64,000 bases of DNA from Selaginella moellendorffii (Eukaryota > Plantae > Lycopodiophyta): assembly GCF_000143415.4 (NCBI RefSeq), contig NW_003314263.1, positions 3,313,746 through 3,377,745 on the forward strand, in the 5' to 3' direction. The translations under genes and the position numbers were made by a program. A model generated the notes under the pieces. The model was given only the letters and a program-made list of their open reading frames with translations. It had not been told where the DNA came from and ran no database searches. Numbering within the stretch: the first letter of the stretch is position 1; the number at the start of each line of letters is the position of its first letter. This document shows positions 63,167 through 64,000 of this stretch, piece by piece.

Positions 63167-63977
63167 CTAGAAGATTTTAGTAAAGACTACTTTTGCCACA
63201 GGCAGTAAAACATTGGCCTTGTCAAGTGGCAAAGCTCGTCTGCCATCAGTACTCCAGCTGGATTCACCGTGATTTCTAAGCTCCAAAAACAGCACCATTG
63301 TTTTCTCACAGACATCCTGGCCTTTGGAATACGCTGCACTCACAATAGGAGTCTTTCCAACCCAGAGAAAACGGCCGTGGCCTTCCACCGCTTGCCGCAT
63401 CTCATCTGATCCAAGTTTCAGCTTTTGAAAATAAAAAGGTGGCAGAACTTCAAACACGTACCTATGATGCCCCTATTGACAAGGATGGTGTAGCGCTCGA
63501 GAGCTCTCACAAACCTTCTGTAAGTCTCTGTAGCAGCAGGAGAGTCGAATTGGTTTGGTTGGAATTCTAGGCTTGACTCATGATGAGCTCTCTGAATGAC
63601 TTGCTCCAGAAATTTGACATCGATCAGTTTTCTCAGACAATCCACGAGGTCGACAGGTATATTGAGGATGATCTTGAGGGTCCATTCACGCTTTGTGCAT
63701 GTGTTCTTCAACTTCATAGCTGAAAAGTTGACAGTGTGCAAACCCCGTGGATATAACCGAGATAAAGCCAATGGCATTGTAGTCGGCCTTCCACAATTCA
63801 GCCACTGTAGCTCGAAACACAAAAGCAAACGAAACTAGGAAACAAAAAGTCAAGAAAAATAGTCTGTACCTCAAAGTACTTGGCAACTATTCACCGAGCA
63901 GCTCCTCTTTTGTACGGCACCCAAGTCTTGTTGGTCAATCCCCAGTACACAACTGGTTCTATTGGATCCTTGGACAT
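63167..63977 (-). pseudogene. WWE-ART family paralog with a premature stop and a deleted catalytic strand
   Basis: Exon 1 reads MSKDPIEPVVYWGLTNKTWVPYKRGAAR*IVAKYFE (TGA at 63891-63893). Same exon-1/2 junction as 50818-51729. Jumps from DEMRQAVE to GHGRFLWVGKTP, omitting the FVFHGS segment. Confidence 0.8.
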
Positions 63978-64000
63978 TTTTAGCCTTAAAATTTTATTCG

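Overview
Eukaryotic plant nuclear DNA with compact genes and very short GT-AG introns (~50-80 nt), a PLS-type PPR remnant and chromoviral Ty3/gypsy elements. The style suggests the lycophyte Selaginella (inference). The right end holds conserved genes: USP, MRS2/CorA Mg transporter and plastid-type MscS-like MSL2/3. The left and middle form an accessory, transposon-rich region. It contains a signal-peptide-bearing MACPF/perforin-like gene, an intronless divergent Sec61-alpha paralog lacking the plug helix, and an RNF170-like RING gene flanked by inverted MSL fragments. It also holds a Crinkler/RHS-like NTPase remnant, a secreted Cys/Trp-repeat peptide head-to-head with an orphan multi-TM glycoprotein gene, and a small family of WWE + minimal ADP-ribosyltransferase genes. 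Three full-length LTR elements have intact TSDs: one is nested in a hAT derivative that splits an ORF, one carries a solo LTR in its 5' LTR, and one sits inside an older gypsy remnant. There is a 100-N gap at 2860-2959. All homology calls come from recalled motifs read by eye, not from database searches.
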